A program made the translations under genes and the position numbers. From positions 310,001 through 374,000 of the forward strand of contig LSRY02000045.1 in NCBI GenBank assembly GCA_001643675.2: 64,000 nt of DNA. Reading direction: 5' to 3'. This document shows, in pieces, positions 25,740-37,510 of this stretch (within the stretch, counting starts at the first letter, position 1; the number at the start of each line of letters is the position of its first letter). Below the pieces are notes generated by a model. The model made no database searches. It had not been told where the DNA came from and was given only the letters and a program-made list of their open reading frames with translations. The DNA is from Monocercomonoides exilis PA203. Its lineage: Eukaryota; Protista; Preaxostyla.

Positions 25740-28700
25740 TATCTACCAATACAGTATTGAAAGCAAGAACTGAGTAAAATGACACTGCTGCCCTTACCAT
25801 CTGTATAACAGAAACCTTGAATCCTCTATTTTTTATTGTTAAAAATTCATCCGCGCATTTGACGGTACAGTCCGATAAGTTGTCTGGTATATGCCCATGT
25901 GCACACTTCTTCCACTGGTCTAAAAAGTGCGCGAAACAGAATAAATATACATCCCATGTTGTCCTTGCAATTCCAGCCTTGCATTCATCTGCGAGCTCCA
26001 AGGAGACACCACTTTCGTGCAGCGCATGCAGCTACCAGGCTTCACCTCTCTCCCTGATGGATTCAGCATAATTACCTTCATCTTCCCTGGAGGAAGACAA
26101 GCCCCCGTCTTCTTCATCCATGGCACCTCCAGAAGAATCTTGGAGCTGTAATTCAATTCCAAGCTGTAATAATTGCTGGTTCGAAGAAGGATGTCCCAAT
26201 TCTGACCCTTCCAGCTCGGCAGGAGTATAATCGCTCGAGCTTTCTCCATCTGAGCCTTTCGTATTACCATCGGAATCAGAGGTGTCGGTGGATGAGCTAG
26301 AACACACTCGTTGTTCCAAGGAACTGTCAATCCATCTTCTGCAATTGGACTGCCTACTCCACACCATCTTTCCACTTTGTGATTGTGTTCCGATGCAAAA
26401 GCATCGAGAGTCGGTCTCACTCTCAACTGTGCAAGCACCTCTTTGAGTGCTTCGTCCTTTATTTCGTAGTCTCCTGCACTTTCCAATCGAGACAGCGCAT
26501 CCGCTCTGTGGTTCTTTATGCCAGGGAGATGTTGGGCTTTTATTATCGTCCTCATTGACTCTGTCCAATTCCATATTTAGAGAAGCACTGGACGAAGATT
26601 CTTGCCTGCATTCCAACGATTCACGTTGAAGACTACTGAGCTGTTTTCCGACCAAAGAAATAGACGAGTTATTTTGTCGTTCAGGAAAGTCTGGGTAAAA
26701 TGGTGCAGAGCCATCAAAACAGCTTGCAGTTTACTGTAATTGGACGACTGGTAGTGGACATATTTGGGAAAACTGGAATGCCAATCCAAAAGATTGTTGT
26801 TGATTTTGAATGTCGCACCCCCATGATCGTTCCGCTGCATCTGTTGAAAGAGTCGCTTGAGGTGTAAATACTGAAACCAATTCCCGATTCTTTGTCTGTC
26901 TCAATATCCTCCTCCATTTTCTGATCTCCTTGAGGACTGATGTATTCATCCTCATCATCTTGTTCGATCCGATCGCTCTGACACTCTTTTGGAGTTGGTG
27001 ATGCATCGCTACGAGATGGAGAGATGCGTCTGGAATGACAAAACTAGCTGCGTATTGCTTCCCAATCGCTGAAGCCCAGTCTTTCACACGAACCTGTTTG
27101 GCTTTCATGAATATTTTTTCCCAACGTCTCAGCAGCTCATGGAGAGAAGAACGCTTTTCCTCAATCAATTGTACTGCAATTCCTTCTGTGTTCCAAAGGA
27201 ACCTCAAGAACACAAACTTCTGTGTTGGTTTCAGATGACATTTCTCTTTGTTGATGAGCGATTCTAAACTTTTTTAAAAAACAGAATAACTACTTCTGAA
27301 ATTTTCTTCAGAAAGCTGCAGTCTTGGTGCAACAGAATAAGATCGTCAAAACCAGAAACCGCTCTGACTTCCCATCTTGCCATTATCGCAGCTGTCACTT
27401 TCCTCATTATCTTTGTGAAGAACCGAGGGGAATCTGTAAACATGAAGGGAATTCCTTCGAAAACATAGTCTTGTTCTTCGAACCAAAAAAAAAGTGCTTC
27501 AGTTCTTCGGATATTAGTTTTTAGTGATTCGCCTGGGAAAGATCCAACGTTATCACAAATTCCCTCTTTTCTATCAAACGCTCCACCATCTGTTCGTTTA
27601 GCATTCGAAATGCGACTTTTTCATTGCAGCATTCAAATGACGGTAATCCAGGATTTGGCTCCAGGCGTCTGACTTCTTCCTGATGAGAAAGACATTGTTC
27701 CGAAAGCTGACCTGTTCTTGAAGTGTTGCGCTGACGATGTTTGTCTCCAGTTGTTTTTTAAACACGTTTCTGAAAGCCAATAGCTGTTCCATGCTCATAT
27801 CCGTTGCTCCACCCTCCCATAATTTCTTCCTCAGTGCTTCCTTTGTTCTTCAGTTCGTCCATGAAGCGTATGCACCAAGTCTTATAAGGCTTCCTCCTTT
27901 GATCTTGTCCCATTCCTCAAAAAACTGCGCTGTCCTGCCTCCAATCCTCTCTTGGGTCTCCACAAATATTTCCTGCCTCGATCGGAACGTCTTGAAGCAT
28001 ACTTCTTCCAAATTTCCCCTGCTCTTCTCTGGGAGCTTCTGAAGCTATACCGACTTCCTGACGTCATGGATCACCTCCGAAAAAAACTGCCTTCCGCTGA
28101 AACTTCTTGAAAACTCCGCTCGATGGGTTGCTCTGTGATAATCATCTGTTTTTCTTGTCAATTTACTGTTAACTGCAGCTTTTTGAATTTGCTTCAATTC
28201 CATAAGCGTCTCTTCCGATATATCTTGCTGCCTCTTCGTAAGTTGTCCACCAGTAGCCTCTGCCTCCATCTTTCCTGCGTCTGAAAATCCATATCTTCCT
28301 TGAATTCTCGTCTTCCTTGCTTCATGAAGTGCTTGGGAAATCATTAGAATTGCTTCCTTTATCATCCGTTCGTGGTTTTCTGCTTCATCGCTCTTGACTT
28401 GAAGCACTATCAGAAACTCCTTAAATGTGTGATATAAGTATTTTTCCACTCGTTCGCCTGCTCTGTCTAAGGCATCCCGATACCAAAAGGAAGTTCTGCT
28501 TGATGCTGGAGGTGATGCTTGTAATACAGGACTGAAATCCTGTTCGTTGTAGCATGGTTGCAATGTCCTCCAACATCGTCTTCGGCATTCGTAAATCAAA
28601 AAGAGAAGTTGTTGGTTCGACACCAAATATTGATATAAACAAATCATCAATTGTTCGAGAATCTGCGGCTTCGGATGAGATGGGAGAAGGCTGTAGCTCT

Positions 28701-28990
28701 AATTCAGATTGTGAGAAAATATTAGAAGAAGCTGTTGTAATCTGGGAGCTACTGAATTGGGAACTCGTTGGCCAACCGATCTGCATAGCAGAACCAGTTG
28801 AAGGTGCGAGCCCGGCTTGCAATGGAGTTTGCGGAGTGCTAAACATTTTTGATCACGAAAAATTACATGACTCATAAAGTGGCATCTCTAAACAAGAAGA
28901 GAATCAATAAAATGGAAGTTTTCTTTTCTAAACAATCAAAACATTTTGAAATGGAACAGGAACACCGAAGGTGTCATCTACCAAAAACAA
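25740..28990 (-). mobile_element. DIRS-type tyrosine-recombinase retrotransposon, degenerate and 3'-truncated
   Basis: Order on the minus strand: ORF1/gag-like (28846-28045), RT (FLIRKKSDAWSQILDYRHLN, TLDLSQA, GIPF...SPRFFTK, GFDDL), RNase H (STDAA..SWG, HLPGIKNHRADALSR), DAM-like methyltransferase (LDAFAS..N.K, DGL..PW, HPP..LI), then recombinase N-terminus (TWDVY, K.S.IQ.VRAAVS) cut at 25740. 5' end approximate. Confidence 0.88.
25920..28030 (-). pseudogene. DIRS pol: reverse transcriptase, RNase H and N6-adenine methyltransferase-like domain, with stops and frameshifts
   Basis: Fragments 27598..27798, 26731..27213, 26577..26840 and 25920..26555 carry consecutive RT, RNase H and MTase motifs in different frames. 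Confidence 0.85.
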
Positions 28991-30519
28991 TAACTTCTTG
29001 CATCGTTAAAAATGTTGTTCGTTAATTCAACTGTGAAAAAAACTTCTAAGAAATACAGTGCGATGGTTGAAAATTGATATAACTATAACTCAAATCATTG
29101 AAAAAACACAAATAACAAAAACTGACCAGCGTCTGTTATTGACTTGTTAACGAAAATGCTGATTATGAATGTTTTAATGCAAAATATTGTTATTTCCAAT
29201 AATTGCGAAAAGAAATATGTGAAGAATGAACTTGATTTGTTTTTGTTTTTCATGAAATAACTGAAATTAATCACAGCATATATCAAAACAATAACAAATT
29301 TGCTATACCCATGTTCTTTCAATTTATTCTGTGTCAAAAGAATAATAATTCAAAGATGAATCGTTCATGGAACCTCTAAATATTCATGAAAGAATAAAAA
29401 TTTGATAAATATATTAATTAAATATTGATAAATAACAATTATTGATGTTTGTTTTTTTTATCAATCTTGTGCACTTGTTTGTCTTCACCACATTTCAAGG
29501 AAATCCATGAAAAGTTGAAAAATGTGAAATTAACAAAATTTTTAAGGCACAACAAATCCTTTGCAAATCTCACACAAAACAAAGAATAAATAAAACAGAT
29601 AAATATGTGTCATTCTTTTTGAAAAGTCGCAAACGTTTAATTGATCTAAAAAAGAGATCAAAAATGATCAAATAATTTTGATCATTCCGTTCCCAAAATA
29701 TTAAGAGTAATATTTTGTATTATTGTTTATAACACTGATTCACAAATATTAAGTTTCAATAACACCAGCATCATATGAAGTTTTTATTTTTTTATCATGC
29801 TTTTGTAGGAAAATGCCCTTTTTGTTGATATAAGAGACAAACAATAATAAAAAGTTATTTTCCGTTTTTTCACTTCATCAATTTGAGTGAACATTTTTAT
29901 TTTTTGAATATCAATATTACTTTTTCCATTTCACTTTGTTAGAAATTGAATAGATAAAAAAAGCTTGCATTGGAATAAAATTCTTAAAACTAATAATTAT
30001 AAAAAAATTCGTCAATTCATTGCTTTAAAAAATTGAATTGTATTTTAATAGTTGAGTGCATAGACAAAAGTTTGAATTAATGCTGAAATATGAAAAGTAA
30101 CAAGCAATTTTTCATTGTACAGCATATGGAAATGATTTAAAAAAAATGAACTTGTTTCATAATTTTTGTTTCAAATCATGAATCACATCCTGAATTGTTT
30201 CATTTCCACAATTGCATTATGTATCTTATCATTTCAACTGAATTCATCATCTGAAGAAATCCTCCTCAATAATTTCTTTATTTAAAACATCTCTTCTCTG
30301 TTGTGTATTGATGCATCATTCTTGAATGCAAATATTGCTTTTGTACAGTTTTTGGAGCAACCTTCGATTACAAAGCCTTTTGAACAAAAATCTTCTTGCG
30401 GACCGGATTGTGCGTCAGTTGTCTCTTCGCTTTTTGCATCCATCTTCTTGTTCATCATCGTCACATCTTCTTTTTCGAGAGAGAGATAAGCACACATATA
30501 TTCTTTGCTATTTCTGTGA

Positions 30520-31175
30520 TTGAGGAGCGAAGAGAAGACAAAAGCATGAGATGATAAGCCATCTTCATCTTTATCTTCATCATCAGCTCGTGCGATTGAC
30601 TCTTCGGATGCATCGGAGGTGGCTGAATCATTCACGTTGGCAGCAGCGATGAATTACATCAAGAGAAGGCTGCGGATTTTGGGCCTGAAGCGGCTGAAGT
30701 GAATGCAAATTAAAAGATATCGTTGCTGAGGGAGCAACAGACACTGAAGGGATATGCTGAAGCGCGGCTGGTAGTGATATATGGGGATAATGTACCTTCC
30801 CACGATGTGGAGACATCTGTGATGCTTTCAGTTCAGGTAGTTGCCCAGCTTCCGTCGCTTGTAGTGTCGGTGGGAACGAAGTTGGGGAGCAAGCGGATCT
30901 TTGCAGCGGTAGGTGTGAATGCGTTCCCGTCGATCTACGATCTGTTTGACCCGTCGCTGCAAATATGGCGATCGCCACAGTCGAGGCGTGTGGAGGTGAA
31001 ACTGGACGAGGAAGTGATGAAATGATGGGGCGAGGGGTTGCAGTGCGTGAAGAGGGAGAGATTGTGGAGAAAAGAATGGAGTCAGAGGGGCTGAGGATGG
31101 AAGATGTGGTTCTGTTGCCTGAGGAGATTGTGCTGGTGGTGCTGGAGGAGCGGGAAGAGGCAGAGGGAGATGATG
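30520..31175 (+). repeat. Older, diverged inverted paralog of 39770-40420 (degenerate coding family, unknown function)
   Basis: MLSVQVVAQLPSLVVSVGTKLGSKRIFAAVGVNAFPSIYDLFD (+) versus MLSVPLVPQLPQLAAPAGTKLMSKRIFAAADVNALPSIYDLFD (-, 39733..40176). Confidence 0.85.
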
Positions 31176-31604
31176 GGAATGAGGAGAAAGGAGGGTATCG
31201 ACAGCGCACAGAAAGTTTGTGGAATGAATCAAAGAGAATCAGGGGAAGCAGGAAGAAGCGACGGAGCTGCTGATTGTGGATGCGCCTGGGCTCGGCTGAG
31301 GTTTGTGAAAGTGAAGAAATAGACAGTGATTTCCTCGGAGTGTCGTCTGCCACAGATGATGTACTCTGCACTCGCTTTGCGTGCCTGCTGTGTTACATTG
31401 GGATACGAGAGAAATAAGAATGTTACAGTAGGAAAAGAATATGAGTGTTTGAGTATTTCTTTAATGAAAAGTCGAATTGAAATAACTGGAGATGTGGAGC
31501 AGTTGTAAAAATCAGTTGATCGTTTGACAATAATTGAGGGAAAAGGCAAATTCGATGAAGAAGTTGGGCAAGAAAGTTGTTATTTTTGAGCTGAGTGAAA
31601 CATG

Positions 31605-31892
31605 ACGAAGAAGATGATGATGATGAAGAAAGTGAAGAAGAAAGCGATGGAGATAAAGATGGAGATGGAAAAGAAGAAGAAGAAGAAGAAGAAGAGGGAG
31701 AAGAGGGAGAAGAGGGAGAAGAGGGAGAAGAAGGTGAAGAATATGAATAAGAAAAAGAAAAAGAAAAAGAAAAAGAAAAAGAAAAAGAAAAAGAAGAAAG
31801 AGAAGAAGAAGAAGAAGAAAAAGAAGAAGAAGAAGAAGAAGAAGGAAAAGGAAAAGGAAAAGAAAAAGAAAATTTTTAATTAGAAGAAGAAG
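31605..31892. repeat. Purine-rich compound microsatellite (GAA)n / (AAGAGGGAG)n / (AAAAAG)n
   Basis: Read directly; gives rise to the poly-Lys ORF 31602..31883. Confidence 0.95.
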
Positions 31893-32099
31893 GATTAATA
31901 GTTTTCTGAACCAATTGGAGGAAGAAGGAAAGAGGAAGATGTAAGCAAAGATTGGCTTTGGGGTTTAATTTGCGATTGAGTTTGTAGTAAAGTGTTGGAT
32001 TTTCCTTCTTTTGATAATGATGCAATATTCATTGAAGAATATGAAGAAGAAGAAGAAGAAGAATTCTATCAGAAAATCGGTATGTTTGTGGTTTTCCTA

Positions 32100-34100
32100 T
32101 AAGGTGTGGATTGACGATCTGTGCACTGATCCAAAAAAATCCTGCGGTTGAAAGCGCTGCAAATTGCATATGGGCAGACGATGAAAGTGCTGGAAGAGAT
32201 GAACATGCAGCTTTTGAGAAGCCGGCTGGATGTACGGGTAAAATGGCGGAGATCTGGCTAAGGCTCAACGACGAAGAGATATTTGGATCTGGAGTATTTG
32301 GAGATCTTGGTTCCACATGGGATTAGGAATGGTGTAAATATAAAGAAGGCAAAGGTGAGAGACTTGACTGATAAGTTTTGTACGCTTGTAGAAGGGTTCG
32401 AGGAAAAGCAGAGAAGTGTGAGTTTGGTTGCGGCATCTGAATAGGTCGAAAGGAGCTGATAAGTCATGCAAATACATATATCCTGTTTCATCTTCGGAAG
32501 CTGTGTTGTGAAGTGGCAGCATCTGTTGGAAAGAAACGCAAATGATTTGGTCATAACTTTAACGACATCGGAAGAGATATTTGAGGTGACACAAAGGTGT
32601 AAACAAAAAAGCAGAAGAAGACAATGAAAAGAAGATTCTGGTCAACAGAACAGCGATGAAGCTTGCGCATGTGTTTGGTCGAGTGTTTGCGGAGCGTTTG
32701 ATACCGAGACGCAGCTGACCGGGTTGGAAGAGGTGAGACAGGCAGAGGTGCAGACAGCGAAGGAGCAGGAATCGTTCAACGCATTAGACAAGAAGCTAGG
32801 CGCAGAAGAGGAGTTCATTCAGAGAAGGCAGTCTAATGATATGTGCCCTTCGATCAATGAAGTTGCGATACTTCGTGGGCCATTGCAGATTGTCCACGCT
32901 TTTTCAGCGGCTGCTCAGATGGGTGTTCCGATGTTGTTGAAGATGGTGGTAGAGAAAGTGTATTATGCCTTTATCTCTTCTTTTTCTGCTGCTTTATCTT
33001 CTGCATGTGCTAATATTTCTTTCTGTGGTAATGAGGAAGAGATAACGCATGTTGCGAAGTTTCAGGAGGTGAAACATTCGAAGAAGTTGATAGAGAAATA
33101 ATATCATCACATAGCGTTTTTTTTAACTGATTTAAATGAGCGGAGCCATTTCTATCTAGATAATGCGAAGAATCTGCTTGCGGGAGCAGAAGAAGGGATA
33201 GCACATGATATTCGTGGGTGATTGAGGGTTCTTCCTTTTGTGCCAGCAAATACGATAAAATGCGCAGATTATTTTACGACTGGGGAGTTTTCAGAAGGAT
33301 TAAAGATGTTAGTATGTGACCGGCTTCTATGGAGAAGGAATTTGAGATTATCGGACGATGAGGAAGTTCTGCAATTTGTAGCAAAAACACAGCAACTATG
33401 CTGTATGTGAAGGATATGGAGATTGTCGATGTAAAGAAAGAAGAAGAAGAAGGAAAAGAAAAAGAAGAGAAGAAAGAGTTGGAGTTATATGGGAAAGACA
33501 AACTCGCTGAGATGAAACAGATGATTGTGCAAGAGTTTGCGTTTGATGTTAATGAAGTGTGAAAAGTGAATGAGAAAGGGAAGAAGGTGAGGAAGAATGC
33601 GGAGGAAGATAAGATGCATGCAGTTCTGGAGCATATGTAATACGTGGTGTTGTTGAGTACGATATCAGCGCAGAGGTTGGTGGATGTGAGGATGCAAGTT
33701 TCTTGTAGGTTTGGCCCCGCTTCAAACTGGTTGTGCAAGGAAAACATAGAGCATTGTTCTGGAAGAGTGTGGAACGCAGATGCTGCAATATGTATTTTAT
33801 TTCTCGAGGAGTGGGGAGTTTGTGCATTATCCTGCGCAGGTGGTGATGCCGGGGCTGTTGTGCGCAGCAGCCGAGAGGAAGGGAACAAGGTGATGGTGGA
33901 AGCAGAATGGAGGATGCTGCAGGCAGAGCGGAGAGATTGGTGTGATGTGTCGATGGAGGCGGGAAAGAAATGTCGCTGGAGTTTCTGGAGAAGGAGAACC
34001 TGCACCGAGCAGATGTGGACATGCCGATGATATTGTGGCGGTTGGAGGAGAAGAGTGTGTTTGAGAGCGTGATTGGGTGATGTTGCCAGTGTGTTAAGTG
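32100..34100 (+). pseudogene. Degenerate protein-coding remnant, weakly reminiscent of a BTB/BACK helical region
   Basis: Purine-rich, coding-like strand with many stops; FSAAAQMGVPMLLKMV and LLWRRNLRLSDDEEVLQFV resemble BTB/BACK helices by eye only. Confidence 0.3.
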
Positions 34101-34264
34101 GACGGTGACGAAGGAAGAGGTGTGTGTGCAAGAGAATCGCCCGCTAATCAGTGTTCAGATGATCGTGTTTGGCAGAGAAGAAGAAAAAGAAGAGGAGGAA
34201 GAGAGAAGATGTCGAACAAGAATACGATGAAACGAAAATAGAGTGTGAAGAGAGAGAAGATTGA

Positions 34265-34910
34265 AAAGAGAAGATAAGTTTTGAAAAGATTGTTTTAACA
34301 CTTGTTGTGATCATCACTGAATTGGATGTTGAACTTGCATCGGAGACTACCCAGCGGCTGACTTCATCGCTTCCTCTGATTTCATGTTTCTGTCCAGCAA
34401 AGGCCAATTCATCGCTCATCTAGATCATTCCATTCACAAAAACTTTCTTTTCTCCTATCAACTGTGTGAATGAATGTTTCGTTGTCAAACAAGGGAATTG
34501 GACAATTTCACAATGGGAATGGTCAGATGCCTCGACATTGCTCACATGAACTTCTTCTGGGGTGTGATGGAGATAGATGCACAGTGGGATGGCCAAACTG
34601 TTGTTTCCATTGTCATATCCTCTCACTTTGTCAATAGAATCTAAAGAGGCTGTGGCACGTGCAATTTTTCTTGAAGTTGCAATTTCTTCCAGATTAGGCG
34701 AAAAAACAAAGATATATCTTCTCCACTTGGCTGTATTTATTCCGAATGAAAAGGATATCAAGTAACTGGGATTTTCAGTGACAATTAAAGGTGAATTCCT
34801 CCACCATAACTGTGGAATGTCAAGGAAAATCGGTTATTGCAAAATCCTTTTGCAAATACGCTTTATGCGCCACTCCCACACACAGCATCATCGAGCCTCT
34901 TTTAGCTGTG
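34265..34910 (-). pseudogene. Isolated degenerate copy of one receptor ectodomain repeat unit
   Basis: YGGGIHL ... FGINTAKWRRYIFV ... RGYDNGNNSLAIPLCIYL ... VHVS ... DHSHCEIVQFPCLT matches the giant gene's GGG..F..N.A..G.D.FV..GYD..IPLFVYL..DHSHCGFDGFRCLT pattern; contains stops and frameshifts. Confidence 0.8.
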
Positions 34911-35574
34911 AAATGCTTCCGTATTAAAATAACGATAAATTTTTTGCATTGTAATTTGCATAAATAATTGATGTTATAAATGTTAACTATCTTCCGCAAA
35001 CATATCAAGCAATAAAAGATAGTTCAATAATCTATCGAAAAATGAAACGTTCATACCAAAGTTGAACGATAACCGTATGACTTATGTATTTTTCATGTAA
35101 ATCTAACTTATGCATTCTATCTTCACTTTCATGTTAAGTTTATGTATGCAATACACAATGAAAAATACTATTCAAATAAAATTATGAATTAACATTGGAA
35201 ATCAAGTTTGACAGGAAAAAAAATCGAAATACACTATGAATAATTCTTTGTTTAGCAATTGAAAAATAGTTCAATCAAGAAAAACGCATTTTCATTGAAA
35301 ATCAAATACTTTAACTTTGATCAAAAAAATTGATACATAATTTTTTGAAAAAAAATATATCTTCTCATAAAGAAGTTTGTTATGAGCCAACAAACATCAC
35401 TGTGAAAGTTTAATATTTTCATTTGTATAATGGTAACGGAGTGTTTTTTTTTTAACTTTCATGGGTCTTTTTTTTTGATCTGTAGAGACTTTTCAAAAAG
35501 AATGACCCATATTGAAAATTATAAATCATTCCAAACCAGTTCAGATACAATGCATGATCTTCATTGAAAATAAT

Positions 35575-36450
35575 CAGTTAATTGCTTATAACAAAAGAAG
35601 AGAAATTAACGATTCCAAAGAAAAAGAATGTCTTCGATCACCACAAATTCTTTATTGCGTTGAAAAAAGGCGCTCGGAAGATGCCTCACTTCAGGGCGAT
35701 GCGATCAATGCATATGACAAATTGGCATAAATGTTGGGAAAAACTCCTTGCTTTGCCATTTCGTAGTAATAAACCACCCATTTGTTTTGAAAAACAGTTC
35801 GATCATAACAAATAAAATTTGAAGAAAACAAAGAAATTATCTGCTTTCTTTTTTCTGAGTTCATGTTGGAAAGAACAGAATTTGCGTAATCGCAGAATCC
35901 GCTTTTGATTCGAGGCAACCAATCACTTGAAATTGCTTCGAGAATTGTTGATAAAACTTTTGTCCTTTCATCTGAATTTTCAAAATCATTTGTTGGAAGT
36001 TGTCTGCTTGATCCAAGTTAAAACAGTTCGTCAACGCTATTTTCATTGTGAGAATGATTGAAAACACTTGAATTTTCTTCGTTTGATGCATCGCAATCGG
36101 AAGATTGTTGGCTTTCAAGAGATCCACAAGAGTTTCTTGTGTTATGAACATACTGTTCTTTTTGAATGGTTGTTAATTCTGGATCTTCATTAAACTCATC
36201 ATCTCCATTTTCAATATTGTAATGAGTGGGCTCTAATGTTTCAAAAATTAGCTGTTCCTGTAAATCATCATTTATCTCATCGCTTGAATCCTTTGCAGAT
36301 AAATTATTTGTTAAATAATTGATCAATTTAAAAAGAATATCGTTGTTCTCTAAAGTTCTTGAAGATGAAAAAAAATGACTGTGCATTATCCAGCACCTGT
36401 GTTTGTGCAGATGAAATAGATGCAGATTCTTTTTCCTTTTTTTCTATTTT
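35575..36450 (-). pseudogene. C-terminal part of a hAT transposase (catalytic Glu / dimerisation region)
   Basis: ALIASP*SEASSERLFSTQ*RICGDRRHSFSLES at ~35710-35610 fits the hAT P-x-S-x-A-x-x-ER-x-FS motif; an acidic linker lies upstream (36018..36386). Confidence 0.8.
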
Positions 36451-37082
36451 CGTTTCAAGTTGTTGAAGCGAATAATGAAATGCATTCACAAAAAAAGGAG
36501 ACCCAAAATTTATCTGTTGCGATGGAAAAATAAATGGGCGATTATTTTTGATATCATAAAAAATTCCGACGTTTGATCAAAAATATTTTTCATTAAGGGT
36601 TGGGTTGATTGGAAAAATGAAAGTGATGATCATTCAAATATATTGCTCGAATTATTATTATTATTAATTATTTGTTAATTTCAATTTGTTTCCAATTGTT
36701 TTTATTACTTATTTTCAAAAAAACATTAAAAAATTATTCGCAAAATATCGAAATTTTAATTAACTGAGCAAAACAAAAGTTTACTGGTTCAAAAAGCATG
36801 ATAACAATAATCACAACACATAATTTATCGATATCTTAAGCAAAAAAAGCTGTTAAATTATGATATAACAAAGAAATAAAAAAAATTGATTTTAAAAATC
36901 GAAGCAAATTTGTTGAAATCAATCGATTTTCTAGTTTTACCAACTGATTCTTCAATTATCCTTTCTAACAGTTATTTCTCCAAAAAAGTGCAGATTTCTT
37001 TCTCTTCCAAAAAATGTGAAGTTTATTCATTAAGCTTAATTCTATCTTTCTCAATTCAGAGCATCCTGGTTTTCTTCAAAAA

Positions 37083-37510
37083 TTAACATCTTCAATTTCC
37101 TTCCCAATCCCTTCATCCTGGGCACTTTCCATATGAATTCGCTCTCCCAACTCAATGGTCACCCTGTACAACGAGATATCCCGCTTTCATTCATTTTCAT
37201 TCATTTCCGCCTGTTGCCCTGAAAGAAACACAAAAACAATTAATAAGCAAATATTCATATAAAGAAAAATAAATAAAGACCAAACATCTGCTCTCATGTA
37301 TTTTGTCAAACAGCTTCATCTCCACAGCCTTCATCATTCTAAATATAATCTCTTCATTTCAGCTCCAGAATGGTCAAATTGCAGCACGGAACGCGTCTCC
37401 ACAAAGAATATCGTATATCTCTCTGGAGAGTCTTCTCAGCCCGTACACATTGTGATGCCTGTCCAAAGGGGTTTTTCTGTTTTTGGCATGATCATCTCCT
37501 TTAATAATAT
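37083..37510 (-). pseudogene. Small intron-containing gene remnant
   Basis: GTTTG...TTTCAG AT-rich intron at 37285-37219 between coding-like segments (DRHHNVYGLRRLSREIYDIL...), with several TGA stops. Confidence 0.35.

Noticed and set aside
28962-28974. ACACC-GAA-GGTGT mini-hairpin near the DIRS 5' end
   Set aside because: Only a 5-bp stem, and the matching 3' repeats are deleted, so a terminal role cannot be supported.
31602-31883. Poly-Lys ORF (also 24460..24645 and poly-Phe 24368..24604)
   Set aside because: Translations of simple repeats.
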